This document shows positions 52,982-64,000 of a stretch of DNA of 64,000 nt, one piece after another. The DNA lies in the NCBI GenBank assembly GCA_031835245.2, contig JAVKOQ020000104.1, positions 62,001 to 126,000 of the forward strand. The letters run 5' to 3'. This stretch comes from Balamuthia mandrillaris (taxonomy: Eukaryota). Position 1 is the stretch's first letter. The number at the start of each line of letters is the position of its first letter. A program made the position numbers and the translations under genes. Below the pieces are notes generated by a model that was not told the DNA's origin, searched no databases, and worked only from the letters and a program-made list of their open reading frames with translations.

Positions 52982-55900
52982 TTACTCCTCTTGTTGTTCT
53001 TGTTCCTGTTGTTCTTTCAGCATGGCACGGTACTTGCGTTGAAAGGCAACCACCTTGTCGGCCTTTATGGCGGTCTTTTTGTACAGCTTGATGAGATGAT
53101 CCGGATCCAAGTCGTTCATTTTCGGCAGGCCGGTCAAGAAAAACTCCATCAGTTCATCAAAGGAAAGCCTTAACAGCTTACCTGTAATGTACCCGCACGT
53201 TAGGCAAGCAAAAAATAAAAATAAAACACCAAACAAGAGAAAGGGAGTATACTATACTTTCAAACATTTTAAGCAATGCTAAGCTCATACGAAATACAAC
53301 GCCCCAACCACCCCAAAAAAACAGGTCCCATATTCTGTCCATAGGCAAAACGAAACCATTTCCTCAGCATCGTCGGTTTTACACATCATAAAGATAGGCA
53401 AAGAAAATACCTTAGTACGACGTGGAATGGCAGGGATCCTAAAAATATGCCCATGTACCATTTGGTGGCATAGGCACTCGTCATCACGTTTTCTTTGTTC
53501 TTCATTGTATTTTGTGTTGGAAGATAAGAAGAAAGAGAGCAAGAGAGAGGACAAGGAAAAAAAAGAGAAGTAAAAGGAGACTAACCAGATGCTTGTACAA
53601 TTGAGGTAAATGTGCTTTGAGGAGCTGGTCTTGAACGTAGAAGCATTCAAAGAGTCGAGGGAATTCAGGTTTGAACAGTCCTGCCATTCGATAGCTTGTC
53701 AATAACCTCAAAAGCACCCACCATGCATCCTTTGTACAAACCGAGGGATAAGAAAAAAAATGAAGAAGAAGAAAAATACTTAAATACCTCTTCGCCCATG
53801 TACATAAGCAACAAAGCTGTGATTGTGGCCATTCCTTGGCAATACCCAACGAGTGTGTCGTGCACCGAGTAGGCTTTTAAGATGTTGGCTAAAGCTTGTT
53901 GCCTAGTAGGTGGACCATATCGCAGTTAGAGGTGAAGATGAAACAAAACAAAACAAAGCGTGGAGAAAAGTGTAACCCTTGGCCTTGCTGTGCGTTGAAC
54001 ATAAAATGATTTCGGTAGGTCCGCCGAATGTCCAAGTCTATCTGCTTACTGTATGGAGTATTTTGAGCTTGCTTACAAAGAGCCTTATAGGTAATGTGTA
54101 TATCAGATAAACATTACTGTTAAACAAAGGAACCAACCAAAAACAAGTTACCTGGTAATTGATACTGCTGTCTTGCTTCAGTTGAGCAGACTGAGAAAGT
54201 CTTTGCCACGCCAAGCCACGAACAGAGTCAGGAATGCCCTTTTTCAACTTGGAGGAGAGCTTCACCACTCCTTTCTTCTGTTTGTACTTTTGCATGTCTT
54301 TCGCTATTTTAGACCATTTCCGTTCCCATCGCAATGTTTTCTTGACGTTTGTTCGTGGGGTAGACGAGCTTTGTGCGTTCGTGTTTTAACAGTCAGGAAA
54401 AAGAATAACGTTGGAAAGAGAGCATAGGAGAGAGAATGAGAGATTGAAGGAAGGACAAATGGAAACAACAGACGGAGAAAAGAGGTACCTGATACTAGTT
54501 TCGAATCCATAAATATCATAGCTGGGATAGTTTTCATTTTTATCTTCTTGCTCCTCCTCTTCTTCCTCATCGTGCACGAACTGATCGCTTGAAATAGCCA
54601 ACAAATGTTTTGCATTCTCGTTCAAATCCTTCTTTCTGAGCATGACCCTTTCCGAAGCAGATCTATCTCTACTGTTGGTTTTCCTTCTTAACGTGGATCT
54701 CTTCACCTTCTTTCTTCCTCGTAGAACTGTCTCCGAGTCGGAACAAGCAAACATCTCTTGTTCATCAAGGCTTCGAAGATGAGGAGCCGACGTTTGTCTG
54801 GTTCGAGGAGCGACATCCGAGTTCTTTCTTGGTATTGTTTTTCTTTCGTTCTTCTTCTCCATCTTCTTCTTTTTGTTCTGGTGGGCGACATTTTCCACAG
54901 TAGATAAAGGAGATGAAACTTTCTCTTTCATCTTTCCTTCTTCCATCTTTAGACTTCCGTTCGTTCCACTTTCGTTCTCGCTTTCTGAACTTGAGATTTG
55001 AAACTTTCGAATGCGAGTAGGAGTCTCCATTGAAGACTGTAACAAACGAGAAGGCAGCCCTTCATCCTCATCCAAACCTAATCCTCTCAATATAGCACTT
55101 TTACTTTCTCCGGTTGCTGATGAAGCCAAAGAGGAAGAAGCTGAGGCAGAGGAAGAAGAAGTATTCAAAAACTCGGATAAGCTTTCGGCATGTTTGTTCA
55201 AAATGGCTTCTTGCCAGGCTGTTCGGCCGGTTTTGTTGAGAAGAGCTTTGTCGGCGTTTGCTTGCTCAACCAAAAAACGAACTACTTCGCGGCTGCCGCT
55301 TTGTTGGCACGCTTTGTGAAGCGGAGTGTTGCCATCGTGGTCCTGTTTGTTGACATTGGACTTGTGTTGGAGAAGAGCTTTCACGCAGTCTATGTGTCCT
55401 TTTTCTGATGCTTTGTGCTATGCAGAAGAAGAACAAGAAGAAGAACAAGAACAAGAACAAGAACAAGAACAAGAAGAAGAACAAGAACAAGAAGAAGAAG
55501 AAGAAGAACAAGAACAAGAACAAGAAGAACGAAGAAGAAGAAGAAGAAGAAGAAGAAAGAAGCGGAACGAGGAAAGCATTAAGTAAGAGCAGAAAAAGAA
55601 CAAGGAAAGAAGGTATAAAAATGAGAAAAGAAAAAAAAAGAGCGACGTTGAAGCAAGTAAACAAAAAGGTACCAAAGCAGAAGCGCCATGCGAGTCAGCA
55701 ATGTCGATGTTTGGTGAATGTTTCGCCAGAAGCTCTACAATTTGGGAGTAGCCGGCCTCGGCTGCCAAGTGAAGAGCTGCCTTTCCTTCTTTATCCGCTT
55801 TCGTTACTAGTTCTTTATCTCCTTTTATGTTGTTCGAGTACCGAAGGTGAGACAACACTAATAACGAAAAGAAGACAGCAAAGTCCCAAAAGAGGAATGA

Positions 55901-56507
55901 AGAATGAAGAAAGAAGAAACCAACCATATTCCAAAAAGAACATTACAGCATCCAAACTGCCGTTGGCCGCCGCCCAATGCAAGGCCGTCTGTCCCCGCTC
56001 CTCCTCCTTTTCCATCCACCCGCCTCCCGCCCCTCCCCCGCATTCCACCAACACCTTGATGGTCCTCACCGCGTTGTTCGCCGCCGCATGGTGCAACGGC
56101 GTCGCCCCGCTCCTGTCCCGCTTCTCCCCATCCGCCCCGCACTCCAGCAGCTTGCCCACGCACTCCACAAAGTCGCCAAAGGCCGCCCTGTGCAACGGGG
56201 TGCAGCCGTCCTCCGAGTTCTCCATGTCCACCAGGGAGTTCTTCTTTCTGTCGCTGCCCTCCCCAGCCGCCGACGGCTTGCCCTGCTCCAAGAGGAGGGA
56301 AAGGACCGGGAGGTTGCCCTGTGCGGCGGCATAGTGGAGGGCGGTGTTGCCGAAGGGGTCGCGCGCCTCGAGGTGGAGCGTCTGTTCAGCCTTGGACCTT
56401 TTTTGGAGGCGCAGCGTGTGGTGCTCGACCTCCTGCCGGTCGCCGCCCTTGCGGACCACGGTGTGCAGGGAGGCGCCGGTGGAGTGTCGCCTTGATGGTC
56501 GTTCCAT
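52982..56507 (-). CDS. Ankyrin-repeat plus TBC (Rab-GAP) domain protein
   Basis: About 7 ankyrin repeats ([36 protein letters not shown]). C-terminal [42 protein letters not shown]. Confidence 0.92.
55425..55557 (+). repeat. (GAACAA)n/(GAA)n microsatellite, intronic
   Basis: Tandem repeat within an intron of the ankyrin-TBC gene. Confidence 0.95.
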
Positions 56508-56818
56508 TCGTACCGTTTCTTATTCCTTCGTATTGTTGTTTCCTATATAACCAAGAAATATATATTACAAAGAAGAAGGAGAAGGGTCCTCTTCTTTGAG
56601 CCAAGGCAGATGGATGCGGGTTGGCAACAAAGGAGGGTTAACCAAGCAACTACCTCAAAGAAGAAAACGAACGTTGGTTTTTTCCTTTGCTTGTGTTTTT
56701 TTTTCTTTCGTTGTTGTAAAATAACAGAAATATAATAAATTAATAGTAATTAATTCATTTTATCGTTATAGGGTCAAAAATCTTTACAGCAAAAAAGAGA
56801 GAAGAAAAGATACTACAA

Positions 56819-58567
56819 TCAGGATTTGCTATGCAGTCTCATGAAGTGCCATTTCCAAGAGCGTTGTTCATCAAAGAAGTCGTGCAAGAATGCCATCATC
56901 TCCTCGGTAGCTTCTCCTTCCTCACCTTCTGGCTCTTTGTTCCCCTCTTGAAGAGCTTCGGAGAGTAGAAGAGCACAACTCGAAGAAAGAACATCCACAT
57001 ATTCACAAATCTTTCTTGCGACTAACTCTGGCTGTTGATCCCACAAGAAAAGAAGTTAATAAAGAAACTACAAACGCATGAAAACAACAACACGAAAAAG
57101 AAGAGCAAATGAGAGAGAAGAGAGAGGAGAGAGGAGGAGAGAGGAGGAGAGAGGGCGAGAAAGATAGAAGATACGTTTTCTCGAAAAGACTCAAAACGAA
57201 GAAGAAGATAATCATCAGGGTGCAAAGTTTGCAGTTGTTGATTAACAAGGCTCATGTACTTCTCGACAGAACGAGCAGCCCGCACTATGTCAGGCTTTCC
57301 TCCTGCTCTAACATACGGTTTGTTCATGTGGTAGTTCAACAATGCTGACTCTGATTTGGTTTGTTTGGGGGACGTTAACAAATGGACAAACAGTAATGAG
57401 CAAAGAAGAGAAGAAAAAAATAAAACAATAAATAATGAAAGAAAAGAAAAGCAAACAGAAGTTCAAATAAATGAACACGAAGCAAACAGGACAGAGAGTC
57501 AAAAAAATGAAAACCACAAAGAATGGGACTTACCAACAGGATCACGAATCAAAAAGATGAGCTTGAGGCCAACGTTAGCGCCAGCCATAGTGGAGAATAA
57601 GTCATGAGAAAAATCCGGATAGTGGAACTCGTCCTGCATCGGCGTTGGCCTACAAGCAGAAAAATTGAAGATAAGAATGATGGAATGAAAGTCGACAGAA
57701 CACAGAACTTGACATATGAGAAGAGAGAGGAGAGATAAGAGAAGTAGATGAAGTGAGACCGGTCCACTGAGAGTAGGAGCAGATTGTGATCGCTGTTGAA
57801 TTCCTCTTGCAGCAGCTGTGAAAGTTGAGCTTTGGAGGGTTGAATGCTTGTTGAGGGTCCTATTTTGTTGTATGTTTTTTTCAGTAAGAAAAGAAACAAC
57901 AAGTGTTGAGAATGGACAAGAAGAATGAAAAACAACCAACACAAACACAAGCAAAGAAGAGCAAAGAAAGAAACGATAAAAGAAAGAAAGGAAGAGAAAA
58001 AATGAAAGGAGGCGCCCACCAGAAGACCACAAAGCCTGAGTAGCGGCCCCAAGCGGCAGCCACTTGTCCTCGTGGCCCGGTTGCTTCTGTGGAAGGTAGC
58101 GCACCCTTCCCTCGCGCGCCGCCTTGGGCAAGATCGTGCTCGCCAACCACTTTGGTCCTTTCAACCAAATCAAAAAGGGGCTGTTAAAAAAAAAACCATC
58201 ACTGTCTCGATCTCTTCTGCTTAAAATAAAAAAAAGGGTTCTCATCCTCACCACTTTCCTCAAAGCCAGTGACGACCAGGAGGTGACGGTCAAAGCGTCG
58301 CTCAGCGTAGAAGGAACGAAGGGGGAAGGCAGGGTAGTCCGCTCGGGAGGGCCACATGTCGGCGTGGTCCACCAGAAGGAGCTTTTTGTCGCGCTCTACA
58401 GTCAGCTTATGGTGCTCCACGCCACGAGCCAGCTCGTCCAGCGTTTGCTCGAGGAGGTGCAGCTCGGGGCCTATGGGGTCATGGGAGAGCCAAACCAGAA
58501 GGAAGAGAAAACAGGCGGCATAGACGGTGGCTAGGAGGCCCCAATCCTTTGTCCATCTCCTCCTCAT
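56819..58567 (-). CDS. Type II membrane (Golgi) sulfotransferase-like protein
   Basis: N-terminal TM; LLVVTGFEESGPKWL (5'-PSB-like); KLIFLIRDPVES (3'-PB); DYLLLRFESFRENPELVARKIC. Confidence 0.7.
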
Positions 58568-58810
58568 TTTGTAGCTGCTTTTTTTTTTTGTTGATAGGTC
58601 AAATTATTGTAAAAATATTATTGAAAAAAATTGATCATTAATTCATTTATATTTTCCTTAAATAGATAATCATACTCAAATTCTGCACATTTTGTCCTCC
58701 AGCGCGACATAATATCCGAAATAAAGCTCAAAATACCCGAAAATTTTCCTGGTAGAAAAACAAAGAAAGAACGATAGAAAAGTACTCTATTGAAGATTGG
58801 AAAGGTTTGC

Positions 58811-60045
58811 ATGGCGGTGGTTGTTCGCGTGCCAAAGCTTTTACGCATTACCAAGGAAAGGTATGGCCCGCTCATTCTCATTTTTTTTTTCAAAGTTCCA
58901 ACCGACTTCACACAAATCATGTGTTCCTCAGATGAAAAAACTGTTGTGTCAAATGTATCTCATCAAACTCTCTTTTTCCCTCTCGCTCTTCGCTGTGTTA
59001 GTTATGAGGCAGAGCACTGGCCCATAATATCAAGCGCTGTGGCCCAGGTCTTGCAAGATCCTTCCACCGTGGTAGAACAAGAAACTCTTTACAGGTTTAT
59101 CTTCTCTTTCTTCTCTCTCTCTACTTCAATGCGGCTGCTCTTCTTGTTTTTTGCTTCTTGTTCTCAACTGCCCTCTCTGTTTGTTTGTTTTAAAAAAAAG
59201 AACTGTGTATAATGTATGTTGCCAACGGCACACGGTGCTGCTCTTCACAAACTTTGTGGAGCTGTTGGAACAGTATTTGAGCTGTCTGCGCGAAGAGCTG
59301 TGTGCGTTGTTGGACAGCAGAGAGCTTTTGCCGACTTTCGCCTCCCTTTTTCTACGCTACCTCAAATCGGTGGACATCATATGTGTTGGTTTCCGTTATT
59401 TGGTTCGTGGTTTTGCTCCTCTCCCTTTTTTTTTTCTTCTCGTTCTCTCGTCCTCTGCTTCTATATTGTCTCCTTCTCTTTTCATCGTTTTGTCCGCTCT
59501 TTGCAAACAAGATCGTGTATCTCGTGGACTGGATGTTACTATCTTGTGGTTAGAGTCACTAACCCTGTAGCAAAAAATTAAAAAAAAAAAGGATCGGATC
59601 TACTTGAAGGAGAAGCAAAATACTTCATTGAAACAAGTTTGCAACAAAGCCATCCACCACGTTCTCTTTGGTCATGACGAACTACGGAAGCAGTTGGAGG
59701 AGCTCATCGCGCAACTCACACCTGGGCCAAATCCTTCATTGACCATGTCACTCGCAAAGGGTTTGTTTGAGCTCGACAAGGGTACGTTTTTGTTTTAGTA
59801 TTTTTGTTGAGCGATAAAGCTAACTTGTGCTTGTGTTCATTCGTTCTTATTACCCACTAGAGCTAGCAGGGTTGAATCCTTCTCTCTTCTTTTTGTACAT
59901 ACCATGCCTGTGGCCAACGCAAGGACCCACAGAGGAGCTTCAAGAGACCAAGGCCCTCTTGGCGCAATTACAGGAGCAGCACCACAACACAGCCACATGT
60001 CACAACCCGCTCAAAAGAAAATGGGACGAAGCGGAGACCACATAG
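58811..60045 (+). CDS. CACUL1-like (CDK2-associated, cullin N-terminal domain) protein
   Basis: ITKESYEAEHWPIISSAVAQVL..QETLYRTVYNVCCQRH..YLKSVDIICVGFRYLDRIYL..LAKGLFEL..LNPSLFFLYIP. Confidence 0.78.
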
Positions 60046-60622
60046 TTTTTTTAACCAATCTATTTCTCTTCCGACCAACAAACTTGCTCCCTTCTTTGGT
60101 ATTGCGAGACCACGTTTTTTTTTGGCCCGTAACAAAGTCTGGACCTCTGTTTGTTATACTCTGTTAGAAGAGTGAAAGGAACACAGATGATGAAGAAGGA
60201 AAGGAGGCTGTATTTCTTTCTTGTGGCTATCAAAATACAGAGAAAGAGAAAGACTACGAAACAGAGTAGAGAGAGGAGGAAAGAAGAAACGGAAGAGAAA
60301 GGGAGAAAGGGTCAGGAATTTCCCACCTCCTTCTCAAGAATCCTCCGATTGTATTCAAAGCGAGGCCATTTTGCCCAAAAGGTTTGAACAAAAGGATGTC
60401 GCCCACTGGCCCAAGAAAGAAAGTTTAAAAACAGTGCTTTTTTGTTTTCTTTTTTTTTTTCACCACCACAACAACAAGAAAACCACAAAGAGCTTTTCCT
60501 TGGCCTTCTGCTCTCCAACTACGCTCACCGCGGGCTTTACCTCCGTCACCAACCAACACATATTGTTATCGTTATCGCTCCAACACCACACCAGCATTGC
60601 CACTACCACCTCCTTCAAAATA

Positions 60623-61456
60623 ATGGAGTCCAACCCTCTCATCTTCTACGACATCTCTTCACCCGTAGAACCCCGGTCCTACGCGCCCAATCCTTCCAAG
60701 ACCCGTCTCGCGCTCAGCTTCAAACGTGTGCCCTTCAAGACGACCTGGGTCGACATCCTCGACATCCCTGATGTTCGCAAGGGGCTCGGCTGCCCGGCTG
60801 TCCGCAAGCTCGACGATGGCTCCGACTTCTACACGCTGCCCATGCTGCAGGACCCAGCCTCGGGCAGGGTTGTTGGCGACTCGTTCGAAATCGCCAACTA
60901 TCTCGAGGACATGTTCCCGGACTCAGGTGGCTGCCTTTTCCCTCCGGACTCCACTCGTACCGGACTCGACTACGAGAGCCCAAACAAGGACACGGTATTC
61001 TTCGCGCCCCTGACTACCAACCAGGGGTCCAAAAACGAGGCCTACGCAAGGTTCAATGTGCACGTCGACGCCACCTTCACCGCAAATATGGCGCCCTACG
61101 GCCAGTACCTCCCCTTCAACCCGAAATCAGCCGAGGCCGTAAAGGCCCTCTTTGCAAAGCGTGCACACCTGAGCTCCTGGGATGATATCTGCATTCAGGG
61201 CGAGGCAAGAGAGCCGCTCAAGGCGACGTTCAAGGTGGCGCTTACGTCACTGGCCCAGCTGTATATGGTCCATGAAACCGGACCTTACCTTGAGGGGGAA
61301 AAGGCTAATTATGCCGACTTGATCGTGGGCGGGTGGCTGAACATGCTCTCCATCCTCATGCCTGAGGAGGAGTGGAAGGATTTCAGGACGTGGCATGGTG
61401 GAGTCTTTGCCCAGCTGCATGATGCCTTGCAGGAGAACTATTTCGAGTGCAAGTAG
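60623..61456 (+). CDS. Glutathione S-transferase, fungal GSTFuA/LigE-etherase-like (intronless)
   Basis: LIFYDI..APNPSKTRLALSFKRVPFKTTWV..FYTLPML.D..VGDSFEIANYL..GPYLEGEKANYADLIVGGWL..WHGGVFAQLHDAL. Confidence 0.92.
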   Translation: MESNPLIFYDISSPVEPRSYAPNPSKTRLALSFKRVPFKTTWVDILDIPDVRKGLGCPAVRKLDDGSDFYTLPMLQDPASGRVVGDSFEIANYLEDMFPDSGGCLFPPDSTRTGLDYESPNKDTVFFAPLTTNQGSKNEAYARFNVHVDATFTANMAPYGQYLPFNPKSAEAVKALFAKRAHLSSWDDICIQGEAREPLKATFKVALTSLAQLYMVHETGPYLEGEKANYADLIVGGWLNMLSILMPEEEWKDFRTWHGGVFAQLHDALQENYFECK

Positions 61457-62026
61457 AGATAGAGGGCACAAACCGTCTCTTTGGCAAAAGAAGCACAACA
61501 GGAAAACTTTATAAGTAATTCTCTTCCATTAACCTGCGCTTTTAAGCTGCGATGCGTGACAGGCCCAACTGCCATCAATGGTCACTTTCGAAGGACGCTA
61601 GAATGAAAATGAAACTCCTCGCTTTTTTTTTTCGTTTCTCCTTATGCTTTTCTTTGTTTGTTGCTCCTTCTGTCATATACTTAAAGCAATTCGAAAAACC
61701 AAAAAAAATAAAATAAAAAAGGAGACCAGTGGCAGAAAACTGGATATCGGGAGGAGAAGTAACGTCTTGGAGAGGTGGAGAAGCAGCGTTTCAGCCATGG
61801 GGAAGTAGTGTATTGGAGAGGGGAATAAGCAGTGTCTTGGCAATGGAGAGCAGTGTTTTGACAAGGAAGAGAGAGTAGAAAAAGCTCAAACATAACACAA
61901 GTGAAAAGGAGCAAAGAAGTAACTCTCATGTAAGTTGAGAACATGCAAAAGTCCATACTCATGCAGTAAAATGTCAGCCAACCAACTGCAACCACTCCCG
62001 AACTAACGATCGATAAGTTTGCCTAA

Positions 62027-62099
62027 GCCCCTATAGCTCAGCTGGTAGAGCGTTAGACTGAAGATCTAAAGGTCGCTGGTTCAAACCCGGCTGGGGGCA
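62027..62099 (+). tRNA. tRNA-Phe(GAA)
   Basis: GCCCCTATAGCTCAGCTGGTAGAGCGTTAGACTGAAGATCTAAAGGTCGCTGGTTCAAACCCGGCTGGGGGCA, 73 nt cloverleaf followed by a T-run. Confidence 0.97.
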
Positions 62100-62211
62100 G
62101 GTTCTCTTTTTGTTCACTTCTACTTTTGCCGCCTTTTTTTTCCCACTTTTTTTTTGCGTCAAAATTTGTTGTTATTTTATGCAAGGTAGCCAGCCGCTGG
62201 AGGCTTGAATA

Positions 62212-63338
62212 ATGAGACGGAGCCACAAGCTCGCTTGCTCCTATGTCATCGTGTCCGAAGGTCGTAACCAGGGCCTGCTCTCGCGGATGAAAGAGGCTGC
62301 CAGTTCCATTCCCGGCGCTGCCCTGCTCTCCTCCTTCTCCGACGAGACCTACCACCGCTCCAGCTTCACTCTGGCCGGCTTTCGTGAGCCCTTGGCCCAG
62401 GCCGCCCTCTCCATCTGTCGCCTGGCCGTGCAGGAGCTGGACTTGACCCAGCACGGCCGGGAGGACGTGCAGGCGGTGCACCCCAGAGTGGGCGTGGTGG
62501 ACCTCCTCCCTTTCTATCCCTTGGGCGAGGCTACCACCTTGCAGGAGTGCGGGCTTCTCGCTGCGACGGTGGGCAAACGTTTGGTGGATGAGTTCCCCGC
62601 AAGAGCCTCTGTCGCGTTCTTCGGGACAGCTCATCCTTTGCAGCGAAGCTTGGTGGAGACCAGACGAGCCACCAATTTTTTCTCCTTGGGTGGTAGTGGT
62701 CAGGCAGGAGGGCAAGGGCTGCCACCAGGTAGGGTGGAGATAAAGGAGTCCTCTGTCATTGATCTGGGAGCAGATCCTGTCGATCAAAGGACTGGGTTGA
62801 CTGTTTGTGGGGCCATGCACTACGCCCTCAATTTTAATATCTTGTTGGACACTTTTGACCTTGCCTATGCTCGTTCCATTGCCTCTCGGTTCGTTTATCA
62901 CCGTCATTTTTTTCAACGGCACCATCTCATTCTCTCTCTTCTCTCTTCTCTCTTCTCTCTTCTCTCTTCTCTCTTCTCTCTCTCTCTCTCTCTCTCTCGG
63001 AAACTGAAAGGGTAAGAAGCAGCGGTGGAGGACCTCTGCCAGGAGTGCAAGCCATGGCCCTGCCCCACAAAGACGGAGTCGAGATCGCCTGCAACCTATT
63101 GCAGCCAGAGGTATCCTCTCCTTCGCAGGTTCTGCAGTTGGTACAACACCTGCTACAAGAAGAAAAAGCAAAAGAAGATGAAGAAGGTCCAACTACAAAC
63201 AACAAAGCGCAAACGAAGGAAGAAGATGAAGAACACAAGACAATAGAGAAGAAGAAAGTAGTGGTGAAGCATTCTTATACGATTGGATTGACGGTGAATG
63301 AGATCTACGACCAAGCCGTCCGGGCTCTTTCCCTTTAG
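62212..63338 (+). CDS. Glutamate formiminotransferase (FTCD N-terminal domain-like, stand-alone)
   Basis: VSEGRN..FSDETYHRSSFTL..HPRVGVVDLLPFYPL..RSLVETRR; NFNILL..ARSIASRVRSSGG..PGVQAMAL.H..VEIACNLL. One intron, about 62889-63010. Confidence 0.9.
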
Positions 63339-63458
63339 TAATCCTAGGCGGGTGGTTGGTCCGTTGCTCTCCTTTTCTCCCAATCTGTCTTGCCTGGAAC
63401 TGCAATGCTTTCTTCTACTAACACACCATTCATATTTAAAATATAAAAGTAAATAATA

Positions 63459-64000
63459 TCAAACGGTATCGTAGGATTTGCCTCGCAAGCGATCCACGCC
63501 AGCCTTGCCTTTGTTGAACGAGAAGACGCAGCCATCCTTCACGTAGCCTGGCAGCGCCTTCCAAAACTCAAGATTGGGGATGAGGTTCAGGCCTGACTCC
63601 TCCTTGCGGAACTTTTGATACGCCACTCCTCCCACGAGGTACACCACCACCACGCATGACAAGCTTTGTTGGTCGCATACGGATATGGTGGTTAGAAATA
63701 GAACTGACGGAGAAAGAGAAGGAGGAAGGAGAAAGAACGAAGGAAGAGAACGGAGAAGAAGAAGAAAAGAAAAATGAAAGAAAAAAGCAACATACACAAT
63801 GATGAAAATCCAGCCACCAGCAAGTCCTTTTTTATCGTCACCGCCCCCCGAGGACTCAGGCCAAGAAACGGGACAACCAAAACGGCTGGTGAACCTGAAG
63901 TTATAGGTCAGCGGGGGGTTTTCCACCGGGTTGAGGCACTCGAACAGGGCTTCGCCCTCCTCCATGGCGCTGTCGCAGACGAACTCAATGTTGGAGCGAC
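63459..64000 (-). CDS. Cation-dependent mannose-6-phosphate receptor / ATG27-like protein (3' part; 5' end beyond window)
   Basis: YNFRFTSRFGC..GLAGGWIFII..VYLVGGVAYQK..GLNLIPNLEFWKALPGYVKDGCVF; terminal YDTV sorting motif. Confidence 0.88.
   Translation of the reverse strand, partial: RSNIEFVCDSAMEEGEALFECLNPVENPPLTYNFRFTSRFGCPVSWPESSGGGDDKKGLAGGWIFIIVYVAFFFHFSFLLLLRSLPSFFLLPPSLSPSVLFLTTISVCDQQSLSCVVVVYLVGGVAYQKFRKEESGLNLIPNLEFWKALPGYVKDGCVFSFNKGKAGVDRLRGKSYDTV

Noticed and set aside
55408..56334. 308-aa + strand ORF with KN repeats
   Set aside because: Intronic (GAACAA)n repeat plus antisense of ankyrin exons.
60221..60622. N-terminal extension of the 411-aa GST ORF
   Set aside because: Low-complexity upstream sequence; the GST domain begins at ATG 60623.
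61673..61995. Short - strand ORFs between GST and tRNA-Phe
   Set aside because: No recognisable motifs or convincing exon chain.
62053..63192. 379-aa - strand ORF
   Set aside because: Antisense to formiminotransferase and overlaps tRNA-Phe.

Overview
Gene-dense, intron-rich eukaryotic genomic DNA. The gene set (SepA-like kinase, twinfilin, DUSE-type snRNA promoter element) and short introns full of (CT)n suggest an amoebozoan, possibly Balamuthia-like; this is inference only. I can support about 32 protein-coding genes, including GluRS, VPS11, MCM2, NAP1, CWC22, TFIIA-L, CCT8, RPA3, RCAN, twinfilin and an MPP-alpha/core-2 subunit. RNA genes are tRNA-Leu(TAG), tRNA-Phe(GAA) and a U2 snRNA. 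Exon structures were assembled by hand from reading frames and splice signals, so boundaries are approximate. The most notable observations are: (1) an AT-AC minor-spliceosome intron in VPS11 with an unusually distant branch point; (2) a U2 snRNA with a variant helix-I bulge and a DUSE-like upstream element; (3) five inferred GC-AG introns; (4) an intronless ascomycete-like GST, a candidate fungal HGT; (5) a secreted protein alternating folate-receptor-like and filamin domains; (6) an ATF6/CREB3-like membrane-tethered bZIP with an S1P motif and a CRE-like cluster upstream; (7) a Vps62-like domain fused to a bacterial-type domain, whose stop codon overlaps that of its convergent neighbour.
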